A DNA stretch of 64,000 bases from an uncultured delta proteobacterium. GTDB lineage: Bacteria; Myxococcota_A; Polyangia; Polyangiales; B10-G4. Location of the stretch: NCBI GenBank assembly GCA_963727445.1, contig CAVSGI010000015.1, positions 64,001-128,000 on the forward strand. Reading direction: 5' to 3'. Of this stretch, positions 48,987 through 59,067 are shown in pieces. Numbering within the stretch: the stretch's first letter is position 1; each line of letters opens with the position of its first letter. The notes under the pieces are model-generated. The model was not told the DNA's origin. It saw only the letters and a program-made list of their open reading frames with translations, and did no database searches. A program made the position numbers and the translations under genes.

Positions 48987-51900
48987 TCAAAGGGCATCAC
49001 GAATGGCCTTCACGACGGGGGTCTGAAGGTATCGCTCTCGAATGCGGGGCGATCGGATCTGGGAGAGCCGAAGCTCCACCACCTTGTAGGCATCGGCGTA
49101 GGCGGAGCGCGCGTCGCTCTCGATGGAGAGCGCCTCGAAGGTGCGGGCGATCGCCAGATGAACCCGCTCTCCCCGCTCGATCGGGCCGCGGGCGAGGGCG
49201 CTCTTGCGGGCCACCTCGACGGCTGCTTTGGCCTCCTCGTCCTTGCCGCGAATGGCGAGGATCTCCGCCAGCCGGGCCTGGGCGAGGAGCTGGTAGAGCA
49301 GGATGTTCGCCGAGCGGGAGATCTCCACCGCCTCCCGCGCCGCCTCCTCCGCTTGCTCGAGCCGATCCGTCGCCACTTCGAGCGCAGCACGAACGATACG
49401 CTCCCTCGCCTGGTCGTAACGGTCCCCCGTGCGCTCGGCGATCCGGCGCGCGTGGTCCAGCTTCTCCGCCGCCTGGTCGGCGTCCCCCAGCACCTCGAGC
49501 ACCAGCTCGGCGGTCGCCGCGAGGGCATCCGCGCGAGCGCTGTCGTCGTGAATCACGGACAGCACCTGGTCCGCCCGCTCCAGAAAGGCGAGGGCGATCT
49601 CCACCTCGCCCAGCTCGGCGTTCAGCTGGCCGACATTGGAGAGCTTGCGCCCGAGATGCATGCGATCGCCGATCTCTCGATCCACGCCGATGGAGGCGCG
49701 TATCACGACTGCTGCATCTTCGAACTCGCCCTGGCTGGCGAGCGCAATGCCCAGACCGTTCAAAGCGAGGGATTCGTTCCGGCGGATCGCGAGGCGCCGG
49801 AAGATCACGATGGCCTCCGCGTTGGTCTCGATGGCCTGGTGAACGCGGCCCATGCGGCGAAGGACCTCGGCTTTCTGTACCAACACCGAGCCGCGCGCGG
49901 CGAGGAACGCCCGGTCGAGGCCGCAGCGGGCGAGGGCCTCGTCACAGTGCTCGAGGGCCTTCTGGGCGTCGCCGTTCTCGCGGGCGAGGAGCGCCGAGAG
50001 CCGCAGCGCTTCCACCTCACCCCCCTTGTCATCCGCCGTTCTCGAGGATCGCAGCGCCTCCTCGAGGTACTCCGCCACCCCCAGGGTGCGGGCGTGGTCG
50101 AGCTCGAAGCGCGCGCTCCGGTTCATGGCCATCGCCATCATCGCCGGGTCGTCCCCGCGCTTGGCGCACTCGCGCATCTCCTCGAGCTCGAGCTGCTGCT
50201 CCCGGGGGCTGCCCATCCCCCGGAGGATCTGCTCGCGGGCCTCGTGGGCGTAGAAGCGGCCGGGGGCGTCCGGCGGCAACAGGCTCAGGGCCCGCGCGAA
50301 GAAGCGGAGCGCCTCCCGGTTCGAGTAGACCGCCCGGGCCCGGGCCGCCGCCTGGAGGTAGGCGTCCGCGGCCGCGGCGAGGTCCCCGGCGCGCTCGAGG
50401 TGGCGGGCGACGCGGGCGGGCGGGGCCGGCACCCGCTGCTTCGAGAGCCAGGTGCCGATCTGCGCATGCATCGCCTCGCGGTCGGACTCGTCTGTGGTCT
50501 CGTAGGCCACGTGGCGCACCACGGCCGAGGGGAAGTTGTAGGTGTTGCCTTGGCCGCGAGAGACGAATCCCCGCGATTCGAGCACGGACAGGGCCTCCGA
50601 GAGATCGGCACCCGCCATCTCGGAGAGCGCATCGGATCCGATACCCGCGCCCGCAGCCGCCAACCAGCGAATGGCTCGCCGCTCGTTCTCGGGGAGCTCG
50701 TCGAGGCGCGCCGCGATCACGCCCTCCAGCGTCGTCGGCAGGCTGATCGGCACCCCGGGCTTGCGCACCACCCGCCGTTCGCTCCCCTCCCCTTCGATGT
50801 GCACGACGCCCCGATCCACCAGCGCCTCGACCAGCTCGATGATGAAGAAGGGGTTGCCGCCCGCGCGCTCGACTATCGCCTGTGACACCTCCCCGGGAAC
50901 CTGGGCGCCGTCGAAGCGGCCCTTGATCAGACGGCGCCGCTCGGCATCCGGCAACTCGCCGACCTCGATGTGCGGGAGCCCGGAGAGCACGCCCTTGGTG
51001 CGCGGATCGGTGCGGCTCGAGAAGACCGCCAGGAGCGGCACCTCGTCGTTGGAGGAAGAGAGGGCTCCGAAGAGCTCGAGGCTGGGCGCGTCTGCCCATT
51101 GCAGGGCATCGACCCAGATCACCAGCGGCTGGCGGGCGGCCAGGACCCCGATGAGGATCCGCGCGGCCTTGCGGATGTGACCGGGCCGCTCGGCCGCGTC
51201 CACACCCCCACCGAGCTCGGGTACCAGAAGGTCGCAGAGCCCTTTGACGAGCCGCTGTCGCTTCTCCTCGTCCGGAAGCTGCTCCGCCCACGCCGTGATC
51301 TCCTGGCGTACTTGCTCCGGCGGCGTTTCTTCTTCGATACCCATCGCCTCCCGCACCAGCTCGGCGGTGGTGGCGAAGGGGACGTCGCTGGTGCCGAAAG
51401 CGCACTCCGCGTGGAGCACGCGCGGGCGCGGCTCGAGGGAGTCCACCGCCGCCGAGACCAGCGCCGTCTTGCCGACCCCCAGGTCACCCGTGATGGCGAG
51501 AAAGACCGAGCGGCGTTCGCTTGTCCCTTCACGATAGGCCTCCCGGAAGGCGCCCAGCTCCTCTTCGCGCCCCACCAGCCCGGCCCCGGCGCCGATGCTC
51601 CGGGCGTCAGCGACGCGCTCCTCGCGGCTTCGCGCGCCGAGGAGACGATGCGCCCGGAGGAAAGAGCCGGTGCCGGTCCCCTGGGTGTCGACCTCGACCT
51701 CCCCCGCCTTTTCGAAGCTGAAGGCCCGGCGCACCAGACGAAAGACCTCGCCAGCGACCAGAACCTCTCCCGCCTCCCCCTCGTCGGCCAGGCGCTCGGC
51801 CACCGTGAGGACGCTCCCGATCGCTTCGTAGCGAACGAGGCGGCCATTGGGATCACGAACGGTGCTCACGATGCCGCGCGAGATCCCGAGCGAGGCGCTC

Positions 51901-53204
51901 ACGGGCTCCTCGAGATCCTCGGAGAGACCGGCCAGGGCATCCACCACGTCGAGCCCGAGGGTCATGGCGGCCAGCGGGTCGTGCACCGAGGCGCGCCTCA
52001 GGCCGAGGATGAATCGAAAGCGATCCCGCCCCGCGCCATCGGGCCAGGACAGGACGGCGTCGGTCTTGTACGCGATGTCCCCGAGGACCCGCGCCGCCTC
52101 CTCGCCCATGCCCTCTTCGTCCGGGGCGCCTGCGCGGCGCACCCGACCGGCCACCGCCACCACGTGACGCCGCTCGCGCAGCTCGCGCTCGGCGTTGGCC
52201 ACCGCGCTGGCGATGGTGGGCGCCGTGAGGTCCGGGCGCTCGGACCTCCCCACCGCGTCGGGGCTGGTGTTCTCCCGCGGCACCATGTCGGCGATGAAGG
52301 TCTCGAGGGTGTGGCCGTCCACGACCTGGTCCTGGCCGTGAAGCCAGTGGCCGAGCTCCGAGGCCAGCTCGCGCGCCGTCTGCTGGCGATCCCCCCGGTC
52401 CTCGGAAAGCGCCTTTTCGACGATGGTGGACAGGCCCTTGGGGATGGTGGGATCGACCGCGGTCGGCAGGGTCACCTTCGCGGAGCGCACCTGCTCGAGG
52501 ACGTCCAGGCCATGCTGTCCGGGATACATCGGCCGGTTCATCAAGAGCTCGGCCAGAAGGACGCCCAGCGAGTAGACGTCGCTCCGCCGGTCCACCCGCT
52601 CGCCCCGGGCCTGCTCGGGCGACATGTAGCTGAACTTGCCTTTGATGACGCCTGTCTCCTCCGAGACCATCCGCGCCTTGGCGATGCCGAAGTCCGCCGC
52701 TTTGACCACGCCTTCGTAGCTGAGCAGGACGTTCTGGGGGCTCACGTCGCGATGGACGATCTCCATCGGCTCGCCCCGCTCGTCCCGCCGCTTGTGGGCG
52801 TAGTCGAGGCCCTTGGCGACCTCCATCGTGACGTAGGCGGCGATGGTGTGGGGCAGGCGACTGCCCTTGCGGCGCGCCGCCGCCACCAGGCGTCCGAGGT
52901 CGAGACCGTCCACGAACTCCATCGCCAGCAGGAACTCGTCCTTCACCTGTTCGAAGGCATAGACCTGGACGATGTTCGGGTGGTTGAGGCGGGTCGCGAT
53001 CTTCGCCTCCTCGAGGAACATCGCGATGAACTTCTCGCTCCGGGCGAAGGTCGGCAGCACCCGCTTGACGACGAGTATCTTCTCGATCCCCTCGGCCCCG
53101 GTGCTCTTCGCCAGGAAGACCTCGGCCATCCCGCCGGCCCCGAGGCGCCGCAGGATCTGATACCGCCCCAGGGTCTTCGGGGTGGGCTCGTCGGAGGCCG
53201 GCAC
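48987..53204 (-). CDS. Ser/Thr kinase + degenerate class III cyclase + AAA (STAND) + TPR protein
   Basis: HRDVSPQN and DFGIAK kinase motifs, cyclase-like YEAIGSVLTVAERLA, Walker A GDLGVGKT, LVIWVDALQWAD, GGNPFF and C-terminal TPRs. Confidence 0.93.
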   Translation of the reverse strand: MPASDEPTPKTLGRYQILRRLGAGGMAEVFLAKSTGAEGIEKILVVKRVLPTFARSEKFIAMFLEEAKIATRLNHPNIVQVYAFEQVKDEFLLAMEFVDGLDLGRLVAAARRKGSRLPHTIAAYVTMEVAKGLDYAHKRRDERGEPMEIVHRDVSPQNVLLSYEGVVKAADFGIAKARMVSEETGVIKGKFSYMSPEQARGERVDRRSDVYSLGVLLAELLMNRPMYPGQHGLDVLEQVRSAKVTLPTAVDPTIPKGLSTIVEKALSEDRGDRQQTARELASELGHWLHGQDQVVDGHTLETFIADMVPRENTSPDAVGRSERPDLTAPTIASAVANAERELRERRHVVAVAGRVRRAGAPDEEGMGEEAARVLGDIAYKTDAVLSWPDGAGRDRFRFILGLRRASVHDPLAAMTLGLDVVDALAGLSEDLEEPVSASLGISRGIVSTVRDPNGRLVRYEAIGSVLTVAERLADEGEAGEVLVAGEVFRLVRRAFSFEKAGEVEVDTQGTGTGSFLRAHRLLGARSREERVADARSIGAGAGLVGREEELGAFREAYREGTSERRSVFLAITGDLGVGKTALVSAAVDSLEPRPRVLHAECAFGTSDVPFATTAELVREAMGIEEETPPEQVRQEITAWAEQLPDEEKRQRLVKGLCDLLVPELGGGVDAAERPGHIRKAARILIGVLAARQPLVIWVDALQWADAPSLELFGALSSSNDEVPLLAVFSSRTDPRTKGVLSGLPHIEVGELPDAERRRLIKGRFDGAQVPGEVSQAIVERAGGNPFFIIELVEALVDRGVVHIEGEGSERRVVRKPGVPISLPTTLEGVIAARLDELPENERRAIRWLAAAGAGIGSDALSEMAGADLSEALSVLESRGFVSRGQGNTYNFPSAVVRHVAYETTDESDREAMHAQIGTWLSKQRVPAPPARVARHLERAGDLAAAADAYLQAAARARAVYSNREALRFFARALSLLPPDAPGRFYAHEAREQILRGMGSPREQQLELEEMRECAKRGDDPAMMAMAMNRSARFELDHARTLGVAEYLEEALRSSRTADDKGGEVEALRLSALLARENGDAQKALEHCDEALARCGLDRAFLAARGSVLVQKAEVLRRMGRVHQAIETNAEAIVIFRRLAIRRNESLALNGLGIALASQGEFEDAAVVIRASIGVDREIGDRMHLGRKLSNVGQLNAELGEVEIALAFLERADQVLSVIHDDSARADALAATAELVLEVLGDADQAAEKLDHARRIAERTGDRYDQARERIVRAALEVATDRLEQAEEAAREAVEISRSANILLYQLLAQARLAEILAIRGKDEEAKAAVEVARKSALARGPIERGERVHLAIARTFEALSIESDARSAYADAYKVVELRLSQIRSPRIRERYLQTPVVKAIRDAL

Positions 53205-53258
53205 GACGCGAGTCTAACCCCAGAGCCCGCCCATGAGGATTGCTGTATTCTCGCGGCG

Positions 53259-54344
53259 ATGATCCCCCTCGCCCGTCCGACCCTCGGCGCCGAAGAAGCC
53301 GCCGCCGTCGCCGAGGTGCTGGCCAGCGGGATGCTCGTCCAAGGCGCGCGGGTCCAGGCCTTCGAGGCGGCCTTCGCCGAGCGCGCGGGCCGGGCCCACG
53401 GAGTGGCCGTCGCCAGCGGCACCACGGCCCTCGAGCTCGCCCTCGAGGCCCTCGCCGTCGGGCCCGGCGACGAGGTGCTGGTCCCCGACCTCACCTGGCC
53501 CAGCCCCGCCCACGCCGTCCGGCGACGGGGCGCCACACCGGTCCTGGTCGACGTCGACGCCGCCGAGTGGAACAGCGCTCCCGAAGCCCTCGCGGCCGCC
53601 CGCAGCGAAAAGACCCGGGCGGCGATCGTCATCGACCAATTCGGCGCCCCGGCGCGCCACGCCGCCATCGCCGCCGCCCTCGGCGACCTCCCCATCATCG
53701 AGGACGCGGCCTGCGCCATCAGCGCCACCGTCGACGGAAAGCCCGCCGGGGCCTTCGGCGCCATGGCCTGCTTCAGCCTCCATCCGCGCAAGGTGATCAC
53801 CACCGGCGAAGGCGGCCTGGTGGTCACGGACGATCCCCGCCTCGCCGAGCGCCTGCGCGTCCTTCGCAACCACGGCCAGCGCGCCCCAGGCGCCTTCGCC
53901 GAAGCCGCCGGCAACCACCGCATGACCGAGATCGCCGCGGCCATCGGCCTCTGCCAGCTGGACCGCCTCGACGCGATCGTGCGCCGGCGCCGCGCCCTCG
54001 GCGCGCGCTACCGCGAGGCCTTCGCCGATCTGCCCCTCAGGCCCCAGGCCTGGGCCGAGGGCGCCACCGGCAACGAGCAGACCTTCGGCGTCGTCCTCGC
54101 CGGAGAGGCGCCGCCACGCGACGAGGTCATCGCCGCCCTCTCGAAGGCGGGCGTCGCGGCCGGGATCCTCAGCTACGCCCTTCACCGCATCGAGACCATC
54201 GCGCCCCTCGCGCCCGACGCGGCTTTCCCGAACGCCAGCGCCATCGTCGATCGCGGCCTCGCCCTGCCCCTGCACGCCGAGCTCGACGACGCGGACCAGG
54301 CACTGGTCGTCGAGGCCATCCGCAGTATCCTCTCGCCACGATGA
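53259..54344 (+). CDS. DegT/DnrJ/EryC1/StrS family PLP aminotransferase
   Basis: MIPLARP, SGTTALELAL, IIEDAACA, FSLHPRKVITTGEGG. Confidence 0.95.
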   Translation: MIPLARPTLGAEEAAAVAEVLASGMLVQGARVQAFEAAFAERAGRAHGVAVASGTTALELALEALAVGPGDEVLVPDLTWPSPAHAVRRRGATPVLVDVDAAEWNSAPEALAAARSEKTRAAIVIDQFGAPARHAAIAAALGDLPIIEDAACAISATVDGKPAGAFGAMACFSLHPRKVITTGEGGLVVTDDPRLAERLRVLRNHGQRAPGAFAEAAGNHRMTEIAAAIGLCQLDRLDAIVRRRRALGARYREAFADLPLRPQAWAEGATGNEQTFGVVLAGEAPPRDEVIAALSKAGVAAGILSYALHRIETIAPLAPDAAFPNASAIVDRGLALPLHAELDDADQALVVEAIRSILSPR

Positions 54345-55288
54345 GCGACGCCGAGCCGGTGCTGGCGGTGAAGGACCTCGCCAAGACCTTCCGCATCGGG
54401 TTCTTCCGCAAGCGGGTGGACGCGGTCCGCGGCATCGACTTCGAGGTGCGGGCCGGGGAGATCTTCGGCCTCCTCGGCCCCAACGGCGCCGGCAAGACGA
54501 CCACCATCAAGATGGTGCTCCGGCTGATCTTCCCGACCGCCGGCACCATCCGCCTCTTCGGCAGCGAGACCCACGACCACCGGAGCATGGGGCGCGTCGG
54601 TTACATGCCCGAGAACCCTTACGTCTATCAGTACCTCAAGCCCGGTGAGTTCCTCGACCTCTGCGGGCGCCTGCACGGGATGCCGCGGGAGCGTCGCACC
54701 GCGCGCATCGAGGAGATGCTCGACAAGGTCAGCCTCACCCACGCCGCCGACCGGCCCATCGGACGCTTCTCGAAGGGGATGATGCAGCGGGTGGGGCTGG
54801 CCCAGGCGCTGCTCCACGATCCCGAGCTCCTGATCCTCGACGAGCCGCTCTCGGGTCTCGACCCGGTCGGCCGCAAGGAGATCCGCGACATCCTGGTGGA
54901 GCAGCGACGCGCCGGAAAGACGCTGCTCTTCACCAGCCACATCCTCAGCGACGTGGAGATGCTCTGCGACCGCGTCACCATCCTGCAGAAGGGCAAGGTC
55001 ACGGCGGCCGGCACCCTCGACCAGCTCCTGGCGAAGGACGTGCGGCGTGTGGAGGTGGAGCTGAGCGCGGTGAGCGACGCGCTGCGCGAGGAGCTCACCG
55101 CCCTCGCCTCCGATCACCGCTACATCGAGGGGCGCCTGTCGCTGATCATCGAAGGTGACGACCGTGTGCCGGAGATCCTGGATCGGGCGCGCGAAGGCGG
55201 CGCGCGCATCGAAGCGGTGATCCCCCAGCGCGAGACCCTCGAGGGCCTCTTCCTGCGCGAGGCCGTGCCCGCCCAGCCTTCAGCGTGA
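54341..55288 (+). CDS. ABC transporter ATP-binding protein (ABC-2 type, resembles myxobacterial PilH)
   Basis: GPNGAGKTT, FSKGMMQR, LILDEP and SH. ATG overlaps the upstream stop. Confidence 0.93.
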   Translation: MSDAEPVLAVKDLAKTFRIGFFRKRVDAVRGIDFEVRAGEIFGLLGPNGAGKTTTIKMVLRLIFPTAGTIRLFGSETHDHRSMGRVGYMPENPYVYQYLKPGEFLDLCGRLHGMPRERRTARIEEMLDKVSLTHAADRPIGRFSKGMMQRVGLAQALLHDPELLILDEPLSGLDPVGRKEIRDILVEQRRAGKTLLFTSHILSDVEMLCDRVTILQKGKVTAAGTLDQLLAKDVRRVEVELSAVSDALREELTALASDHRYIEGRLSLIIEGDDRVPEILDRAREGGARIEAVIPQRETLEGLFLREAVPAQPSA

Positions 55289-56341
55289 GGTGACGAGGGT
55301 TCCGCTCGTCTGCTCGCCGAAGAGTATCGTGGGGTGGATCCCGGGCGCCATCAGGGTCGGCGTCACCTCGGAGCTCGGGAACATCTGGGGGAAGCTCGGG
55401 TTGGACGGCACCGGGTCGACGATGCTCTTTTCGACGATCATCGAGCAGTACTGGTCGCCGCCGAGCTCGGGGGTGTTGGCGTTGAGCACGACCTCCACCT
55501 CGTAGAGCTTCGCGTAGCGGGCGAGCCCCGGGATGCGCGAATCGAGGGGCGCCCAGTTGTCACAGCTGGTGCCGTTCTCCGAGCAGCCGAAGACGCCGCC
55601 GTCGCCGTGGACGAAGATCGTCTGGTTGCCGAGGGTGTGACCAGGGGTGCGGAGCACGGCACAGCCCTGACCGAGCATCAGGTCCTCCTCGGTGAACAGG
55701 ACGCGACTCTCGTCGACGTCGTTGCCGCCCTCGACGAACCAGGCGCGCTGGAAGGGGTGGCTTCCCCAGTCACGCCACTCGGCCCGCGGGGCGAGGAGGA
55801 GCGCGTTCGGGAAGCGCGGCAGGATCGCGCGCAGATCCTGGGTGTGAAAATGGTCGAAGGCGATCAGGTCGACGTCTTCGGGGCGCAAGCCCAGCTCCCG
55901 GAGCTGGGCGTCCACCGGCGGGTTCTTCTTCTGCAGGAGCGCCACGGTGCGCTCGCCGACCGTCGCGATGAGCTTGCGAAAGAAGGGCGTCGCCTTCGAG
56001 GCCTCGGCGTCGGTGGGATTCCACAAGACGTTCTTCACGCCGTCCCCGGTCTCGACCTGCACCAAGAGGCAGCGATGGCGCATCTCGACGAAGGGGAAGG
56101 GGAGAGGCACCGACGAGTTGAACGCGTGTCGGGTGGGGTAGAGGAAGCTCGAGACCGGCAGTGTGCGAACGCAGCGGACGCGCTCGCCCGCGCGAAGAGT
56201 GTCGCCGAAGGCGCGACCGGCCGCGCGCAGCGCCTCGACCCGATCGCCGGCGTGCGCCGTCTGCCGAGCCGCGTCGAGCTCGAAGAGCCGGCGAACCCAG
56301 GGGACGCGGGGGTCGATGGGCTCGCCGGCGTCCTCGCTCAT
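55280..56341 (-). CDS. Metallo-beta-lactamase fold hydrolase
   Basis: LRPEDVDLIAFDHFHTQD and RTPGHTLGNQT. Confidence 0.8.
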   Translation of the reverse strand: MSEDAGEPIDPRVPWVRRLFELDAARQTAHAGDRVEALRAAGRAFGDTLRAGERVRCVRTLPVSSFLYPTRHAFNSSVPLPFPFVEMRHRCLLVQVETGDGVKNVLWNPTDAEASKATPFFRKLIATVGERTVALLQKKNPPVDAQLRELGLRPEDVDLIAFDHFHTQDLRAILPRFPNALLLAPRAEWRDWGSHPFQRAWFVEGGNDVDESRVLFTEEDLMLGQGCAVLRTPGHTLGNQTIFVHGDGGVFGCSENGTSCDNWAPLDSRIPGLARYAKLYEVEVVLNANTPELGGDQYCSMIVEKSIVDPVPSNPSFPQMFPSSEVTPTLMAPGIHPTILFGEQTSGTLVTSR

Positions 56342-56733
56342 CCCTGGTCCTCGAGGATGTCTCTGTACCCGCGGCCGTCAGCGCTCTTCGACACGGGGTG
56401 GCCCTTCGGGCCCCAGGCATCGAAGCCGCCGTGCTGGTCCGCGAGCGCCTCGTAGCCCACCTGCGCGAGGGCGCCCGCGGCGCGGGCCGAGCGGCCCCCG
56501 GACTTGCAACCGAGGATCAGCTTCTCCGTCTTGCCGAACTTGTGGGCGACCTCCTCCAGGAAGCGGAGGTTTGGCTTCATCCCGGCGGGGGTCGCTTTCA
56601 TGAACGGGATGTTGAAGGCGCCTTCGGGGTGACCAGCATCGAACTCGGGAACCGAGCGGACGTCGAGGTAGACGTATCCCTCGTCCTGGACCATCCTCAG
56701 CGCCTCCTCGGGCGTCACGCGCTTGATCGTCAC
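56338..56733 (-). CDS. Rhodanese-like domain protein
   Basis: YLDVRSVPEFDAGHPEGAFNIP, active-site CKSGGRS and GGFDAW. Confidence 0.93.
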   Translation of the reverse strand: MTIKRVTPEEALRMVQDEGYVYLDVRSVPEFDAGHPEGAFNIPFMKATPAGMKPNLRFLEEVAHKFGKTEKLILGCKSGGRSARAAGALAQVGYEALADQHGGFDAWGPKGHPVSKSADGRGYRDILEDQG

Positions 56734-56781
56734 GATGCCTCCTGCGGAGGCGAATCCTGAGGCGGAAGGCCGTCACTTTCA

Positions 56782-57621
56782 ATGGGCGATATGGGCGAAC
56801 GAGCGGACAATCGGCTTCTGTCTCTGAGCGAGTGGATGGGCGCGATCATGCGCTACCGCTCGAACCATCCGAGCACCCTGAGGACCCTCGACACCCTCGA
56901 GCGACTCCTCGACCGACCCTACCGCACGCACGTATTGATCCGCGGCGAGGCGGGTACGGGCAAGGAAGGTCTCGCGCGCGCGCTCCACGCCGCCATGCAT
57001 CCCCAACACGATGCGCCCTTCGTGAAGATCCCCACCGGCGGTCGCGACCCGCAGCTCCTCGCGTTTCACCTCTTCGGCACGGCCGAGCATCCGGGCGCGA
57101 TCGAGCGCGCCGCCGGCGGAACCATCTTCCTCGACGAGGTGGCGACGATGCCACGTGAGGTGCAGGCGCGCATCTCGCCCGCGCTCCGCGGGCGCTTTCG
57201 CCGCAACGACGACGAGGTGCCGCGCGAGGCCGACGTGGTGGTGATCGCCGCCACCGACCACGACCTGAACGAGCGCGTGCGCGAGGGAGAATTCCGCCAC
57301 GACCTCTTCTTCCGCCTGGCGCGGATCGACTTGACGATCCCGCCGCTTCGCGAGCGGCCCGAAGACGTCCGCCACGCGGTGGTTTGGATCGCCAACCGCC
57401 TCCTCGATCGCCACGAGAACGGCCGGACCCTCGCCCTCGCGGCCGACGCAGAGGACGACGACATCGTCCTCACCGACGACGCCCTCGCCGAGCTCGAGAG
57501 CGAAAAGCTTCGCGGCAATTTCCGCGAGCTCGATCAGATCATGGAACGCGCGCTGATGCTCTACCGCGAAGACGACGAGGTCACGGCGCAATCGGTGAAG
57601 CGCGCGCTCGGGAAGCGGTGA
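56782..57621 (+). CDS. Sigma-54-interaction-type AAA+ protein lacking GAFTGA and HTH
   Basis: VLIRGEAGTGKE, GGTIFLDEV, FRHDLFFRL, PPLRERPED and GNFREL. LFGTAEHPG stands where the GAFTGA loop would be. Confidence 0.88.
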   Translation: MGDMGERADNRLLSLSEWMGAIMRYRSNHPSTLRTLDTLERLLDRPYRTHVLIRGEAGTGKEGLARALHAAMHPQHDAPFVKIPTGGRDPQLLAFHLFGTAEHPGAIERAAGGTIFLDEVATMPREVQARISPALRGRFRRNDDEVPREADVVVIAATDHDLNERVREGEFRHDLFFRLARIDLTIPPLRERPEDVRHAVVWIANRLLDRHENGRTLALAADAEDDDIVLTDDALAELESEKLRGNFRELDQIMERALMLYREDDEVTAQSVKRALGKR

Positions 57622-57623
57622 GG

Positions 57624-58956
57624 ATGGGGCGCTCGGCTCCCTCGCTCACGGCGCTCGTGGCCGCCCTCGCGCTCTTCGGCTGCGACGACGACGCGCCGGC
57701 CGAGCCGAGCGAGCCCGAGACGATCGAGCCCACCCCCGCTCCCGAGCCCGAAGAAGCCGACCCGCTCGCCAATCTCGAGGGAGCCCCCGATCCGTCGGAG
57801 ATCGCGGGCACCTCCGGCAGCGGCACCATCGCCTCCGCCGAGACCCTCGAGGCCGCGGTCCCCGACGGGCAGTGCATCGCGCTCACCGAGGCGCCGGCGC
57901 GCGTCTGGCCCACGCCCGGGGTGCCAGCGATCGCCGCGGACGACACCCGCTTCTATCTCGCGCTCTACGCCCGAAGCGAGGCGGGCGAGGATGGGCTCCA
58001 CCTCGTCGCGGCCGCGCCCGAGGGCCCGCCGCGCCCCGTTCGGAGTCTGCGCGTCGATCCGCCTCTCGCCGGGGGCGCGGCGCGGGTGGCGCCTCCGGGC
58101 ATCGCCCTCGACGAGGGGAAGGTGGTGGTGGCCTTCGTCGACGGGCAGAACCACATCCGCCTCGGCGCCGCGGACCCACGCGAGCCCTCGGCACAGCTGC
58201 GAACCATCGAGGCCGGCTCCGGGGCGGACCTCCGCTTCGCGCCGGCGCTGGGCGTGGTGGGACAGGTGCGGGTGGTGGCGTGGACGGACGGCACCGGCAC
58301 GCCCATGCGGGTGCGTCTGGCCCGCGCCGATCGGACCGGGACGCTTCTCGACACGCACGACCTCACGATGACCGGCATGGGTGCGGCCGCGCCCGTCTTC
58401 GGCGCAGGCGGGGACACGAAGACGATCTACTTCGTCGACCCGCGCGCGGGGGTCTCGCCCATCGTGAAGGCCGAGCTGAACCCGGACGGCACGCCGCGGC
58501 CGAGCGCGGTGGCGCGGCCGGTGGGCACCGTGAGCGTGCCGCCCGAGGTCGCCGTGGCGGAGGACGGGTCGGGGCACGCGTACGCGGGCTACACGGCGAT
58601 CGGCAACCTGGCGACCACCGCGGTGGGGCTGATGCCGCTCTTCGGCGACGTCTCCGGACCGTCGGCGCTGGTGCCGGGCACGGGCTACGGGCTCTTGAAC
58701 GTCGCGGCGGTGGCTGGCCGGGGCGCCGTCGTCTTCGCGGCCGATGCTCCCAAGGGCGAAGCGCGCGACGCGCCCCGTGAGATCCACGTGCGCCTGGTGA
58801 AGGACGGGGCGGCGGGCGAGACGCTGACGGTCGCGGCGCCCGACGGAAACCGGCCACGACATCGCCCTCGCGCGGCGTCCGGACGGGATCATCGGCGCCG
58901 CGTTCTCCGCCGGCGACGGCGTGTACGTGGCCTGGCTTCGCTGCGACGACGCCTGA
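57624..58956 (+). CDS. Hypothetical lipoprotein, beta-rich (frameshift near 58848)
   Basis: Lipobox LFGC. After removing one base the frame continues as TGHDIALARRPDGIIGAAFSAGDGVYVAWLRCDDA*. Confidence 0.75.
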
Positions 58957-59067
58957 CGGACACGGAAGTAGCGGTGGCCAGATGATGCGCCGCCAGTCCG
59001 ACCAGCGATCATCAATGATTCCGTTCGAAACGCGCCGGGCACGGCGAATGCTAGGCGTCGCGGCACG

